DNA of 42,222 nt. Source: Chloroflexota bacterium (GTDB lineage Bacteria; Chloroflexota; Anaerolineae; UBA1429). Location of the stretch: NCBI GenBank assembly GCA_012515695.1, contig JAAYXX010000322.1, forward strand, positions 1 to 42,222. The letters run 5' to 3'. A program made the position numbers and the translations under genes. Of the stretch, positions 33,973 to 42,222 are shown piece by piece. Position 1 is the stretch's first letter. Every line of letters starts with the position of its first letter. The notes under the pieces are model-generated. The model made no database searches and was not told the DNA's origin. It saw nothing but the letters and a program-made list of their open reading frames with translations.

Positions 33973-36906
33973 ATGAACCTGATTTCTGTCTTGCTCGTGG
34001 CTGTGAAACGCCTCTGGAATAACAAGAGCCTGGCGCTCTGTTCGGTCATCGGGCTGACTACTACGGTGGCCCTGATGAGCAGTATCCCGCTGTATGCGGA
34101 TGCTGCGAACTATAAGGTATTCCAAGAGCAGTTGGGGCTTGGCGAAACGGCGGCGAGTAGCGAAGAAGGCGGGGCGGTCGCTAGACGCCCTCCCTTTGCC
34201 TTTATGTATCGCTACATTGGCGCATGGTATGGCTCCGTCGAGATAGAGAGTTTCGATCCGGTGGACCAGTATATCAGGGAGCAGGTGCCCTGGATCATCG
34301 GGTTGCCGGTCGAGAATACCGCCCGATATGTTCGAACGGATAACTTTGCGCTGTTCCCCTCTTCCGAGGCGCAATACCTGGAATTGCGCCAGCCCCTTGG
34401 GTGGACGAATATCGGCTTTGTGTCGGGCATCGAGGACTATGTAGATTTCGTCGAGGGGCAGTTTCCGCCAGATGCTCAGGCCGGGGATGAAATCATAGAC
34501 GTGATGTTGAGCAATTCCCTGGCCTCAGAGTGGGGCGTGCAGACCGGCGAGACGTTCATCGCCTTTATGCGGGCGCCAGCCCCCGGACCAGGTGAAGACC
34601 CGAACGCGATCCGCAAGCCTTTGCAGTTCACCGTGCGCGTGGTTGGCATTTGGGCGCCCAAGGATATCACCGATCAATTCTGGTTCTACAGCCCACAGGC
34701 CCTCGGCAAAACCCTGCTGATCTCGGAAAACTCGTTCCGCAACCGCATCGCCACGGCGATGCAGCAAGAAGTGTACACCGCCATTTGGTACACCGTTTTT
34801 GACGGCGATTCTGTGCGGACGGATGATGTGCCGCAATTCCTGGGGCGCATCAACTATGCCAACTCGCACGTAAGCGCGCTGTTGCCCAACGCCGTCCTGG
34901 ATCTGTCTCCCGAACAAGCCCTGCAGAACTATCGCTGGACGACCTTTGTGATGACGATTGTACTGTATGTGTTCTCCATCCCCATTCTAGGGTTGGTGTT
35001 GTACTTTATCTCTCTGATCGGGGGGCTGATTGTCGAGCGCCAGCGGGGCGAGATCGCCATCCTCAAAAGCCGTGGCACCGGCGATATGCAGGTTTTCTCT
35101 ATTTATGCGCTGGAGGGGCTGGTCGTCGGCGTTATCGGGTTTGTGCTGGGCATGTTGGTCGCCAAACAAGTCGCCATTATGATGGGCAACACCGTCTCGT
35201 TCTTGGCCTTTGGCACGCGCCAGGCGTTGCCCGTTGTGATTACCCGCCGCGCCATCTTGTTGGGGCTGCTGGGGGTTGGCATGGCCCTGGTTGCCAGCCT
35301 GGCGCCGGCCATGCGCGCTTCGCGGCTGACCATCGTGACCTACAAGCGCGACCGGGCGCGGGCATTGGAGCGCCCCTTCTGGCAGCGGTATTTCCTGGAC
35401 ATCCTGTTGTTCGTCCCTGCCGCTTATGGATACTATATCCTGAAAAATCGCGGTACGATCAATGTTTTGCAGGGGCAGGCTTCTGGAGACCCCTTTAACG
35501 ACCCGCTGCTCTTCCTGGTGCCTACGATCACGATTTTCGCTACCTCTCTGTTGCTGGTTCGCCTGTTCCCGCTAATAATGGAGTTGCTGGCGCGCCTGTC
35601 GAGCTATTTCTTGCGTAGCCTGTCGGTTGTGCTGGCCTTCCGGCAACTCGCCCGAGTCTCCAAGCAATACACCGGCGCGCTGTTGCTGCTCGTGTTGACC
35701 CTCAGCCTGGCTACGTTCACGGCCTCGATGGCCCGCACGCTGGACCAAAGCCTTAAGGACAGCATGTATTACCGCTATGGGGCCGACTATCAGTTGGTCG
35801 AGATGGGGGAGAACCCTGCCGCAATGGGAGTGAACCCGGCTTTGCTCGGCATGGGCGACGAGGGGGGCGAGGGGGCCGCCGAGACAGCGGGCGGCTGGGT
35901 CTTTGTGCCCGTCAGCGAACACCTCAAAGTGCCTCAGATTGAGGCGGCCACGCGCGTGGGGCGCTATACCGTCTCGGCTAACGTGGGCCGGGGGCGCGTC
36001 TCTGGGCAGCTTTTCGGCATTGACCGGATGGACTTTCCCCAAGTGGGCTTTTTCCGGCGCGACTTCGCGCCCAGCCAACTGGGAACGCTGATGAACCGCC
36101 TGGCAATTGACGATTCGGCCCTGTTGGTCAGCCCAAACTTTATGGCAGATTTTTCGCTGAATGCAGGGGATAAAGTCGACTTGACCGTCTCGGCCTATGG
36201 AGAGGTCAGGACCGTCAGTTTCATCATCGCGGATGTCGTGCGCTATTTCCCCACCTACTACCCCAGCAATGACTTGAACTATTTGTTCGTTGCAAACCTG
36301 GATTATCTCTTTAACGAGATGGGCGGACTCTTTCCCTACGATGTCTGGATCAGAACCGCCGAGCATGTGGACCCCAACGAGATTCAGGCCGAGTTGGTCA
36401 ACCTGGATATTCGCGTATTGTATATACAAGACAGCCGCAGCGCCGTGGTCAAAGAGCAGGCGCAGCCTGATCGGGCGGGCGTCTTTGGAATCCTGTCCGT
36501 GGGTTTCGTCGCGGCGGCCCTGCTTACAACCCTGGGGGTGGTGCTGCATTCCTTTATCGCCTTCCGACGCCGCTTTATCGAGTTTGGCGTTTTGCGGGCC
36601 ATCGGCCTGTCTGTCTCCCAGATGATTACCTTCCTGGGGTTCGAGCAGTTTGTGCTGATTGGCAGCGGGGTGACGGCAGGAACAGCTATCGGCGTGTGGG
36701 TGAGCAACCTGTTTATCCCCTTCTTGCAGGTGGGGACGGACAAGTACGCGAGCATCCCGCCCTTTGTCGTGCTGATCGCCTGGGATGACGTGACCAGTAT
36801 CTACTTTGTCTTTGGAGCCATCTTGCTGCTGGCAGTTGCAGGGATGATCTGGCTTCTGGCACGGCTCAAGATATTTGAAGCTGTCAAGCTTGGAGAGGCA
36901 GTGTAG
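33973..36906 (+). CDS. large ABC transporter permease with two FtsX-type domains (MacB/YbbP-like), 977 aa
   Basis: N-terminal TM, a large extracytoplasmic region, then FtsX-type 3-4 TM bundles at about aa 330-450 and about 850-970 (RQRGEIAILKSRGTG... and RRRFIEFGVLRAIGLS... motifs). Confidence 0.8.
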   Translation: MNLISVLLVAVKRLWNNKSLALCSVIGLTTTVALMSSIPLYADAANYKVFQEQLGLGETAASSEEGGAVARRPPFAFMYRYIGAWYGSVEIESFDPVDQYIREQVPWIIGLPVENTARYVRTDNFALFPSSEAQYLELRQPLGWTNIGFVSGIEDYVDFVEGQFPPDAQAGDEIIDVMLSNSLASEWGVQTGETFIAFMRAPAPGPGEDPNAIRKPLQFTVRVVGIWAPKDITDQFWFYSPQALGKTLLISENSFRNRIATAMQQEVYTAIWYTVFDGDSVRTDDVPQFLGRINYANSHVSALLPNAVLDLSPEQALQNYRWTTFVMTIVLYVFSIPILGLVLYFISLIGGLIVERQRGEIAILKSRGTGDMQVFSIYALEGLVVGVIGFVLGMLVAKQVAIMMGNTVSFLAFGTRQALPVVITRRAILLGLLGVGMALVASLAPAMRASRLTIVTYKRDRARALERPFWQRYFLDILLFVPAAYGYYILKNRGTINVLQGQASGDPFNDPLLFLVPTITIFATSLLLVRLFPLIMELLARLSSYFLRSLSVVLAFRQLARVSKQYTGALLLLVLTLSLATFTASMARTLDQSLKDSMYYRYGADYQLVEMGENPAAMGVNPALLGMGDEGGEGAAETAGGWVFVPVSEHLKVPQIEAATRVGRYTVSANVGRGRVSGQLFGIDRMDFPQVGFFRRDFAPSQLGTLMNRLAIDDSALLVSPNFMADFSLNAGDKVDLTVSAYGEVRTVSFIIADVVRYFPTYYPSNDLNYLFVANLDYLFNEMGGLFPYDVWIRTAEHVDPNEIQAELVNLDIRVLYIQDSRSAVVKEQAQPDRAGVFGILSVGFVAAALLTTLGVVLHSFIAFRRRFIEFGVLRAIGLSVSQMITFLGFEQFVLIGSGVTAGTAIGVWVSNLFIPFLQVGTDKYASIPPFVVLIAWDDVTSIYFVFGAILLLAVAGMIWLLARLKIFEAVKLGEAV

Positions 36907-36908
36907 AC

Positions 36909-37970
36909 ATGGCATCGAACGGACCTATGATCCTCTGTGATAACCTGGTAAAGATCTACAAAGTGCAAGACCTGGAAGTGGTGGCCTTGCAGGGGTTGGA
37001 TCTTGTGGTGGAACGGGGCGAGTTCATGGCCATTGTCGGCCCCAGCGGTAGCGGCAAGTCCACGCTGATGAACATCCTGGGCGGTCTGGACAGGCCATCG
37101 GCTGGCAAGGCAATCGTCGACGGACAGGACCTGCTCAAGTTGTCCTCTGGCGCTCTGACCCGCTATCGTCGCCACAAGGTGGGCTTTGTCTGGCAGCAGC
37201 CCTCACGTAACCTGATCCCCTACCTTTCGGTAGAAGAGAACGTCGAATTGCCCATGATTATCGGGGGGATGCCCGCCAAGGAGCGCAACGAGTGGACCCG
37301 CGAGTTGTTGGAAGCTGTCGGGCTGTATGACCGGCGCGACCACAACTTGCACCAGTTGTCTGGTGGCGAGCAGCAGCGCACGGCCATCGGCGTGGCGCTG
37401 GCTAACAAGCCTGTCATCCTGCTGGCCGACGAGCCGACGGGCGAAGTGGACACTGCTACCGCGCAGACCATCCTGGATACGCTACGCAACTTGAACGAGA
37501 CGTATACCCTGACGATCGTGGCCGTAACCCACGACCCCCGCATGGCCGATCAGGTGGACCGCGTGGTGGGCATTCGCGACGGCAAGACCAGCAGCGAGCG
37601 CCTGCGCCGGGTTACCGCAGCAGAGCGGCCAGCAGGTGAGCTTGCTGCTGAGGGGGCTGCTGTCGAGTCCGCAGAGGTTCCCGCCCCTGAGGAGAATGTT
37701 ACCTATCACGAATATGTCGTGCTGGATGCTGCCGGGCGGCTGCAAATCCCCAGGGAATACCTGGAAGAGTTGGGCATCAGTGGCCGCGCTCAGGTGGAAT
37801 TGACCGAGAACGGCATCCTGATTACCCCAGGGGTCGGCTTGGAAAAGCCGCAAGAAGAGGCCAATTTCAAGGATATCGCCGAGACGTGGGGACCGCAGAG
37901 GCGCTCTAGGGGCATCAAGTTCGACCCAAGCCTGGCGTTACGTGGGCTATTCAGGAGGGGTAAGAAATAG
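36909..37970 (+). CDS. ABC ATP-binding protein (MacB/LolD class) with about 120-aa C-terminal extension containing an AbrB/SpoVT-like segment
   Basis: Walker A GPSGSGKST, signature LSGGEQQR, Walker [13 protein letters not shown]-loop VTHD. The extension includes YVVLDAAGRLQIPREYLEELGISGRAQVELTENGILITP. Confidence 0.8.
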   Translation: MASNGPMILCDNLVKIYKVQDLEVVALQGLDLVVERGEFMAIVGPSGSGKSTLMNILGGLDRPSAGKAIVDGQDLLKLSSGALTRYRRHKVGFVWQQPSRNLIPYLSVEENVELPMIIGGMPAKERNEWTRELLEAVGLYDRRDHNLHQLSGGEQQRTAIGVALANKPVILLADEPTGEVDTATAQTILDTLRNLNETYTLTIVAVTHDPRMADQVDRVVGIRDGKTSSERLRRVTAAERPAGELAAEGAAVESAEVPAPEENVTYHEYVVLDAAGRLQIPREYLEELGISGRAQVELTENGILITPGVGLEKPQEEANFKDIAETWGPQRRSRGIKFDPSLALRGLFRRGKK

Positions 37971-38698
37971 TGTCAACTATAGCTGTAGGGCGAGCGGGAG
38001 CCGTCGCAAACACAGACGCGGATTATGTCGTCAAGAGCGAGGATATCAAGCGCGTCTACCGGGTAGATCATCAAGAAGTGCACGCTCTGCGGGGAGCCAA
38101 TCTGTATGCCGCGCGGGGAGAGTTTATTGCTATGATGGGCCGTTCGGGGTCTGGCAAGACCACGCTGCTCAATATCATCGGCGGGCTGGACCATCCCACG
38201 GACGGGCATATCTATGTCTATGGGCAAGACATCTCTAGAATGTCGGACCGCCAGTTGACCGAATTGCGCCGTCACCGCATCGGCTTTGTGTTCCAGTCCT
38301 TCGCGCTGATGCCGACCATGTCGGCCTATGAGAACGTCGAGCTGCCCTTGCGGATGGTGGGGATGGGGCGGCGCGGCAGGCGCGAGCGGGTGATGGAATG
38401 CCTCGAACTGGTGGGGTTGACCCGCTGGGCCAAGCACCGGCCCCAGGAAATGTCCGGCGGCCAGCAACAGCGCGTCGCCATCGCCAGGGCACTGGTAAAC
38501 CGGCCCGGCCTGATCCTGGCCGACGAGCCGACGGGTGAACTGGATAGCACCACGGGCCGCGCGATTATGACCCTGTTCCATACCATCGCCAGCGAGGAAA
38601 AGGTGACTATCCTGATGGCCTCACACGACCCCACGGTGCAGGAATATACCGACTATACCTATCACATGGCCGATGGAAGGATTCTCAACGAACGCTAG
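37970..38698 (+). CDS. ABC ATP-binding protein (MacB/LolD class), second copy
   Basis: GTG 37970 overlaps the preceding TAG. Walker [10 protein letters not shown], signature MSGGQQQR, Walker [14 protein letters not shown]-loop ASHD. 242 aa. Confidence 0.8.
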   Translation: MSTIAVGRAGAVANTDADYVVKSEDIKRVYRVDHQEVHALRGANLYAARGEFIAMMGRSGSGKTTLLNIIGGLDHPTDGHIYVYGQDISRMSDRQLTELRRHRIGFVFQSFALMPTMSAYENVELPLRMVGMGRRGRRERVMECLELVGLTRWAKHRPQEMSGGQQQRVAIARALVNRPGLILADEPTGELDSTTGRAIMTLFHTIASEEKVTILMASHDPTVQEYTDYTYHMADGRILNER

Positions 38699-38728
38699 AT
38701 CGTTCACCGTCTTGCAAGAGGAGAGGAA

Positions 38729-38764
38729 GGGGCATTCAAGCCAATGGATGCCCCGCTTTTTATT
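38729..38764 (+). terminator. intrinsic terminator of the efflux operon
   Basis: ggggcat (38729-38735) / atgcccc (38748-38754) followed by GCTTTTTATT. Confidence 0.65.
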
Positions 38765-38897
38765 CCCTGCAAACACTCTCAACTTGCAAAATGGCCCAAC
38801 CCGGCTATCATGAAGGCGTTCCCCATACCGGCTGTCAGCCGGAACAGATAACGACGAGAGGTGGAGCCTTGCCCAAGTCGTACAAGGAGGATGTAGC

Positions 38898-40424
38898 ATG
38901 ACCTATCTTATAGGCATAGATGTGGGCACCACCGGCACCAAAACGCTGCTCATTGACCAGCAAGGCACCGTGCTGGCCAGCGTTACCGCCGAGTACCCTA
39001 TGTATACTCCCCGCCCGCAGTGGGCTGAACAAGATCCCGAAGATTGGTGGGAGGCTACTGTCAAAACCATTCGCCAGGTGCTTGCCAGGTCGCGCATTGA
39101 CCCGGCAGAAATCGCCGGAATCGGCCTCACTGGTCAGATGCACGGCATGGTCATGCTGGATGGTCAGGGCAAGGTCTTGCGCCGCTGCATCATGTGGAAT
39201 GATCAGCGCACCGCCGCCCAGTGTGAATGGATCATGAACACCATCGGGCGCGAGCGCTTTTTAGAGTTGACTTCCAACCCCGCGCTGCCCGGCTTTACCG
39301 CCCCCAAGATCATTTGGACCCGCGAGAACGAGCCGGAAGTGTATGCCCGCGCCGCCAAGGTGCTGCTGCCCAAGGATTATATTCGCTATCGGCTGACCGG
39401 CGCGTATGCCACCGAAGTCTCGGACGCATCGGGGACGGTGTTGCTGAACGTGACGCAGCGCAAGTGGAGCCAGGAAGTGTTGCGCGATCTGGCGATTCCG
39501 GCGAGTTGGCTGCCGGAATGTTATGAATCCACCGAGGTTACGGGGCGGATTACCGCCGAGGTAGCCGAGCAGACTGGCTTGCCTGTGGGGCTGCCCGTAG
39601 TGGGCGGCGCGGGAGACCAGGCGGCCAGCGCCGTCGGCACAGGTATCGTCGAGCCGGGCCTCGTGTCTGTGACAATGGGCACTTCGGGTGTGGTGTTTGC
39701 CTATACCGATACCCCCACCCGCGACTATGATGGGCGCTTGCATACCTTCTGCCATGCCGTGCCAGGCAAATGGCATGTGATGGGCGTTACCTTGTCGGCT
39801 GGCGGCTCGTTCCGCTGGTTACGCGACACGTTGGGGCTGGCGGAAAAGAGCGTGGCCGAACTCAGCGGCGTGGACGCCTACGAAATCCTGACGGCAGAAG
39901 CCGCCAACGCGCCCGCAGGCTGCGAGGGGCTGATCTTTTTGCCGTACCTTACCGGCGAGCGCACGCCATATCCCGACGCCAACGCGCGCGGCACTTTCTT
40001 TGGGCTGACGCTCCGCCACGACAAGCGGCATCTGGTGCGCGCCGTGATGGAGGGCGTCGCCTATAGCCTGCGCGATTCCATCGAGTTGCTCCGCGACCTG
40101 GGCATCCCCATCCAGCAGGTGCGGGCGACTGGCGGCGGGGCGCGCAGTATGCTGTGGCGGCAAATCCTGGCCGACGTGTTTGGCACCGAGTTGGTCACGG
40201 TCAACGTTACCGAGGGCACGGCCTACGGAGCGGCGCTGCTGGCTGGGGTGGGCACTGAGGTCTATGGCAGCGTGCCCGAAGCCTGCTCGACGACCATACG
40301 CATCGTGGATCGCATTGACCCTGTGCCAGAGAGCCAGGCAGCCTATAACGAGTACTACCCGGTCTATCGTTCCCTGTATCGTTCACTCAAACCGGCATTC
40401 GACGCCGTAGCTGCTGTTGGGTAA
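38898..40424 (+). CDS. xylB: xylulokinase (FGGY carbohydrate kinase)
   Basis: 508 aa. YLIGIDVGTTGTKTLL, QWAEQDPEDWW, GQMHGMV, GGGARS. AAGGAGG SD upstream. Confidence 0.8.
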   Translation: MTYLIGIDVGTTGTKTLLIDQQGTVLASVTAEYPMYTPRPQWAEQDPEDWWEATVKTIRQVLARSRIDPAEIAGIGLTGQMHGMVMLDGQGKVLRRCIMWNDQRTAAQCEWIMNTIGRERFLELTSNPALPGFTAPKIIWTRENEPEVYARAAKVLLPKDYIRYRLTGAYATEVSDASGTVLLNVTQRKWSQEVLRDLAIPASWLPECYESTEVTGRITAEVAEQTGLPVGLPVVGGAGDQAASAVGTGIVEPGLVSVTMGTSGVVFAYTDTPTRDYDGRLHTFCHAVPGKWHVMGVTLSAGGSFRWLRDTLGLAEKSVAELSGVDAYEILTAEAANAPAGCEGLIFLPYLTGERTPYPDANARGTFFGLTLRHDKRHLVRAVMEGVAYSLRDSIELLRDLGIPIQQVRATGGGARSMLWRQILADVFGTELVTVNVTEGTAYGAALLAGVGTEVYGSVPEACSTTIRIVDRIDPVPESQAAYNEYYPVYRSLYRSLKPAFDAVAAVG

Positions 40425-40431
40425 GGGAAAT

Positions 40432-42030
40432 ATGGCGGAATACTATCCTTCCAGGCGCTCTGTTGTCATGGGCTTTGGCGGGGCTGTGGCGACCAGCCAG
40501 CCCCTCGCGGCGCAGGCTGGCCTGCGTGTGCTGTTGCAGGGCGGCAATGCCGCGGACGCAGCCGTCGCGGCGGCTGCCACGTTGAACGTCGTCGAGCCGA
40601 TGAGCACCGGCATGGGTGGCGACGCCTTTGTTCTCATCTACTGGGCCAAGGACAGGCGGGTCTATGCGTTGAATGCCAGCGGGCGCGCGCCCTATGCCGC
40701 CACGCTGGACGAGTTCCAGCGGCGCGGCCTGCGTGAAATCCCCCTGCGGGGCATGTTGCCGGTGACTGTGCCCGGCGCTCCCGCTGGTTGGGCGGATACC
40801 ATAGCCCGCTTTGGCAAGCTGGGCCTGGACCGCGTCCTTCAACCGGCCATCGAGTACGCCGAGCGGGGCTTTCCCGTTAGCCCGCTGATCGCCAATGGGT
40901 GGCGCGCTTCGGAGGGGCTGCTGCGGGAGAACCCCGAAGCGGCCCGCGTGTATATGCCCGGCGGGCGCGCCCCACGCGTCGGGGAGCGGTTCACCTCCCC
41001 CGATCTGGCCCGCACGTTGCGGCTGCTGGCCGAGCATGGGCCGGATGGTTTCTACAAGGGGCCGGTTGCCGAGGCCATCGTACGCACGTCAGAGAAATAT
41101 GGCGGGCTGTTTACCATGCAGGATTTGGCCGACCACACCTCTACCTGGGTGGAGCCAATCCACACGGACTATCGTGGGTATCAGGTATACGAATGCCCGC
41201 CCAACGGCCAGGGGATTGCCGCGCTGATGGCGCTGAACATCCTCAACGGGTACGAGTTTGCCCGCGATAGCTTTGCTTCGCCGGAAACGCTCCATTACAA
41301 GATGGAGGCCATCAAGCTGGGCATGACCGACGCGGCGCGATATGTGGCCGACCCGGAATTGGCTGACGTGCCCGTGGACGAATTGCTGTCTCCGGCCTTT
41401 GCGCGGCAGCGGCGCGCCCTGATCGACCCGCAGCGCGCCATCCAGCACCCACAGCCGGGCACGCTGCCCACCAACCCCGATACGGTCTATCTGTGCGCCG
41501 CCGATAGCGAGGGCAACGCCGTATCTTTTATCAACAGCCTGTACATGGGCTTTGGTTCGGGGATTGTGGCCGAGGGCACAGGGGTGGCCCTGCAAAACCG
41601 GGGCAACCTGTTCGTGCTGGACCCCGACCATCCCAACTGCATCGCGCCGCACAAGCGCCCCTATCACACCATCATCCCTTGCATGGTCACGCAGGGCGAG
41701 CAGTTGTTCCTCTGCTTTGGGGTGATGGGCGGCTTTATGCAGCCCCAGGGGCATATGCAAGTGCTCAGTAATATTGTAGATCACGGGATGGATTCGCAGC
41801 AGGCGTTGGACGCGCCTCGTTTCCGCTTTGACGGAGAAAACCGGTTCGCCATCGAGCGGGCGCTTCCCCAGGAGACCTATGACGCGCTGGCGGCTCGCGG
41901 CCACGCGTTGACCATCCAGGACGCCAACGGCTCTTTTGGCGGCGGGCAGGTGATTTTGCGCGACCCCGCCAGCGGCGCGTGGGTGGTCGGCTCGGAACCC
42001 CGCAATGATGGCTGCGCCGTTGCCTTTTAG
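40432..42030 (+). CDS. ggt: gamma-glutamyltransferase family protein
   Basis: ORF 40417..42030 trimmed to ATG 40432 (MAEYYPSRR...). GGNAADAAVAAAATLNVVEP and the autoprocessing-site context PDTVYLCAADSEGNAVSFINS...GSG are typical of the GGT/Ntn family. Confidence 0.8.
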   Translation: MAEYYPSRRSVVMGFGGAVATSQPLAAQAGLRVLLQGGNAADAAVAAAATLNVVEPMSTGMGGDAFVLIYWAKDRRVYALNASGRAPYAATLDEFQRRGLREIPLRGMLPVTVPGAPAGWADTIARFGKLGLDRVLQPAIEYAERGFPVSPLIANGWRASEGLLRENPEAARVYMPGGRAPRVGERFTSPDLARTLRLLAEHGPDGFYKGPVAEAIVRTSEKYGGLFTMQDLADHTSTWVEPIHTDYRGYQVYECPPNGQGIAALMALNILNGYEFARDSFASPETLHYKMEAIKLGMTDAARYVADPELADVPVDELLSPAFARQRRALIDPQRAIQHPQPGTLPTNPDTVYLCAADSEGNAVSFINSLYMGFGSGIVAEGTGVALQNRGNLFVLDPDHPNCIAPHKRPYHTIIPCMVTQGEQLFLCFGVMGGFMQPQGHMQVLSNIVDHGMDSQQALDAPRFRFDGENRFAIERALPQETYDALAARGHALTIQDANGSFGGGQVILRDPASGAWVVGSEPRNDGCAVAF

Positions 42031-42042
42031 CAGCGCGGGGCG

Positions 42043-42195
42043 GCGTGGTTGATGTGGGTTCAAGAGCTAGTTCGGTAACTGCCATCAGGATGGGTGGTTG
42101 ATGGGTTTTAACTATTAATCTGGGTAACCCGCTGTGGCTGCGGCCCGCGCCGAACACCTAGCACTAAAGTGCCAGGCTGGTGGTTGAAAAAGTGC
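42043..42195. repeat. three direct copies of GGTGGTTGA(T/A) in the downstream intergenic region
   Basis: gcgtggttgatgtgggtt (42043-42060), gggtggttgatgggtttt (42092-42109), ctggtggttgaaaaagtg (42178-42195). Confidence 0.4.
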
Positions 42196-42222
42196 AAAGT
42201 GCACTACAGAATAGCCAACCCG

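Noticed and set aside
35572-36915. 447-aa ORF antisense to the FtsX permease
   Set aside because: Shadow ORF. The sense frame encodes coherent TM helices and FtsX motifs.

Overview
GC-rich, gene-dense bacterial chromosomal window. The gene content and the GGGAGAGGG / CCCTCACCCC-type intergenic hairpin repeats suggest a Chloroflexota-like genome, but that is inference only. I call about 37 protein genes and found no rRNA, tRNA, CRISPR array, transposase or integrase.

The centre (17.9-28.0 kb) is a ten-gene cobalamin uptake and late-assembly operon controlled by a cobalamin riboswitch: btuF-btuC-btuD-cobO-cbiA-cobT-cobS-cobC-cobQ-cobU. The flanks carry mostly housekeeping genes:
- class I aldolase, short-form aconitase plus NAD-IDH-like dehydrogenase, GH38 alpha-mannosidase, and an RraA-like protein
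- EamA transporter, ribosomal protein L9, xylulokinase, gamma-glutamyltransferase, and two URO-D-family paralogs
- an operon of membrane protein, ECF sigma factor and zinc-finger anti-sigma factor
- an SPFH/SHOCT protein with a coiled-coil partner
- a HlyD / double-FtsX / two-ATPase efflux operon

Observations worth a second look:
1. A DUF1573-like gene continues in frame through a TGA (Gly-Cys-TGA). A hairpin starts 11 nt downstream, and the gene sits behind a thioredoxin-fold lipoprotein. It is either a candidate selenoprotein or a fresh pseudogene.
2. An orphan ParB-like gene heads an operon with a DUF362 Fe-S protein and a flippase-like membrane protein. A GAAC-N4-GTTC (Gram-positive-type SOS box) abuts the operon's -10 element.
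3. One ABC ATPase carries a C-terminal AbrB/SpoVT-like segment.
4. The whole B12 operon is bracketed by inverted copies of a 43-nt repeat.
5. Several 60-100 nt intergenic elements are bounded by terminal inverted repeats. One is a leader with alternative-pairing 12-mers in front of the ECF sigma operon.

I do not see a clear-cut new multi-gene system. All functional calls come from motif recognition by eye, and no searches were run.
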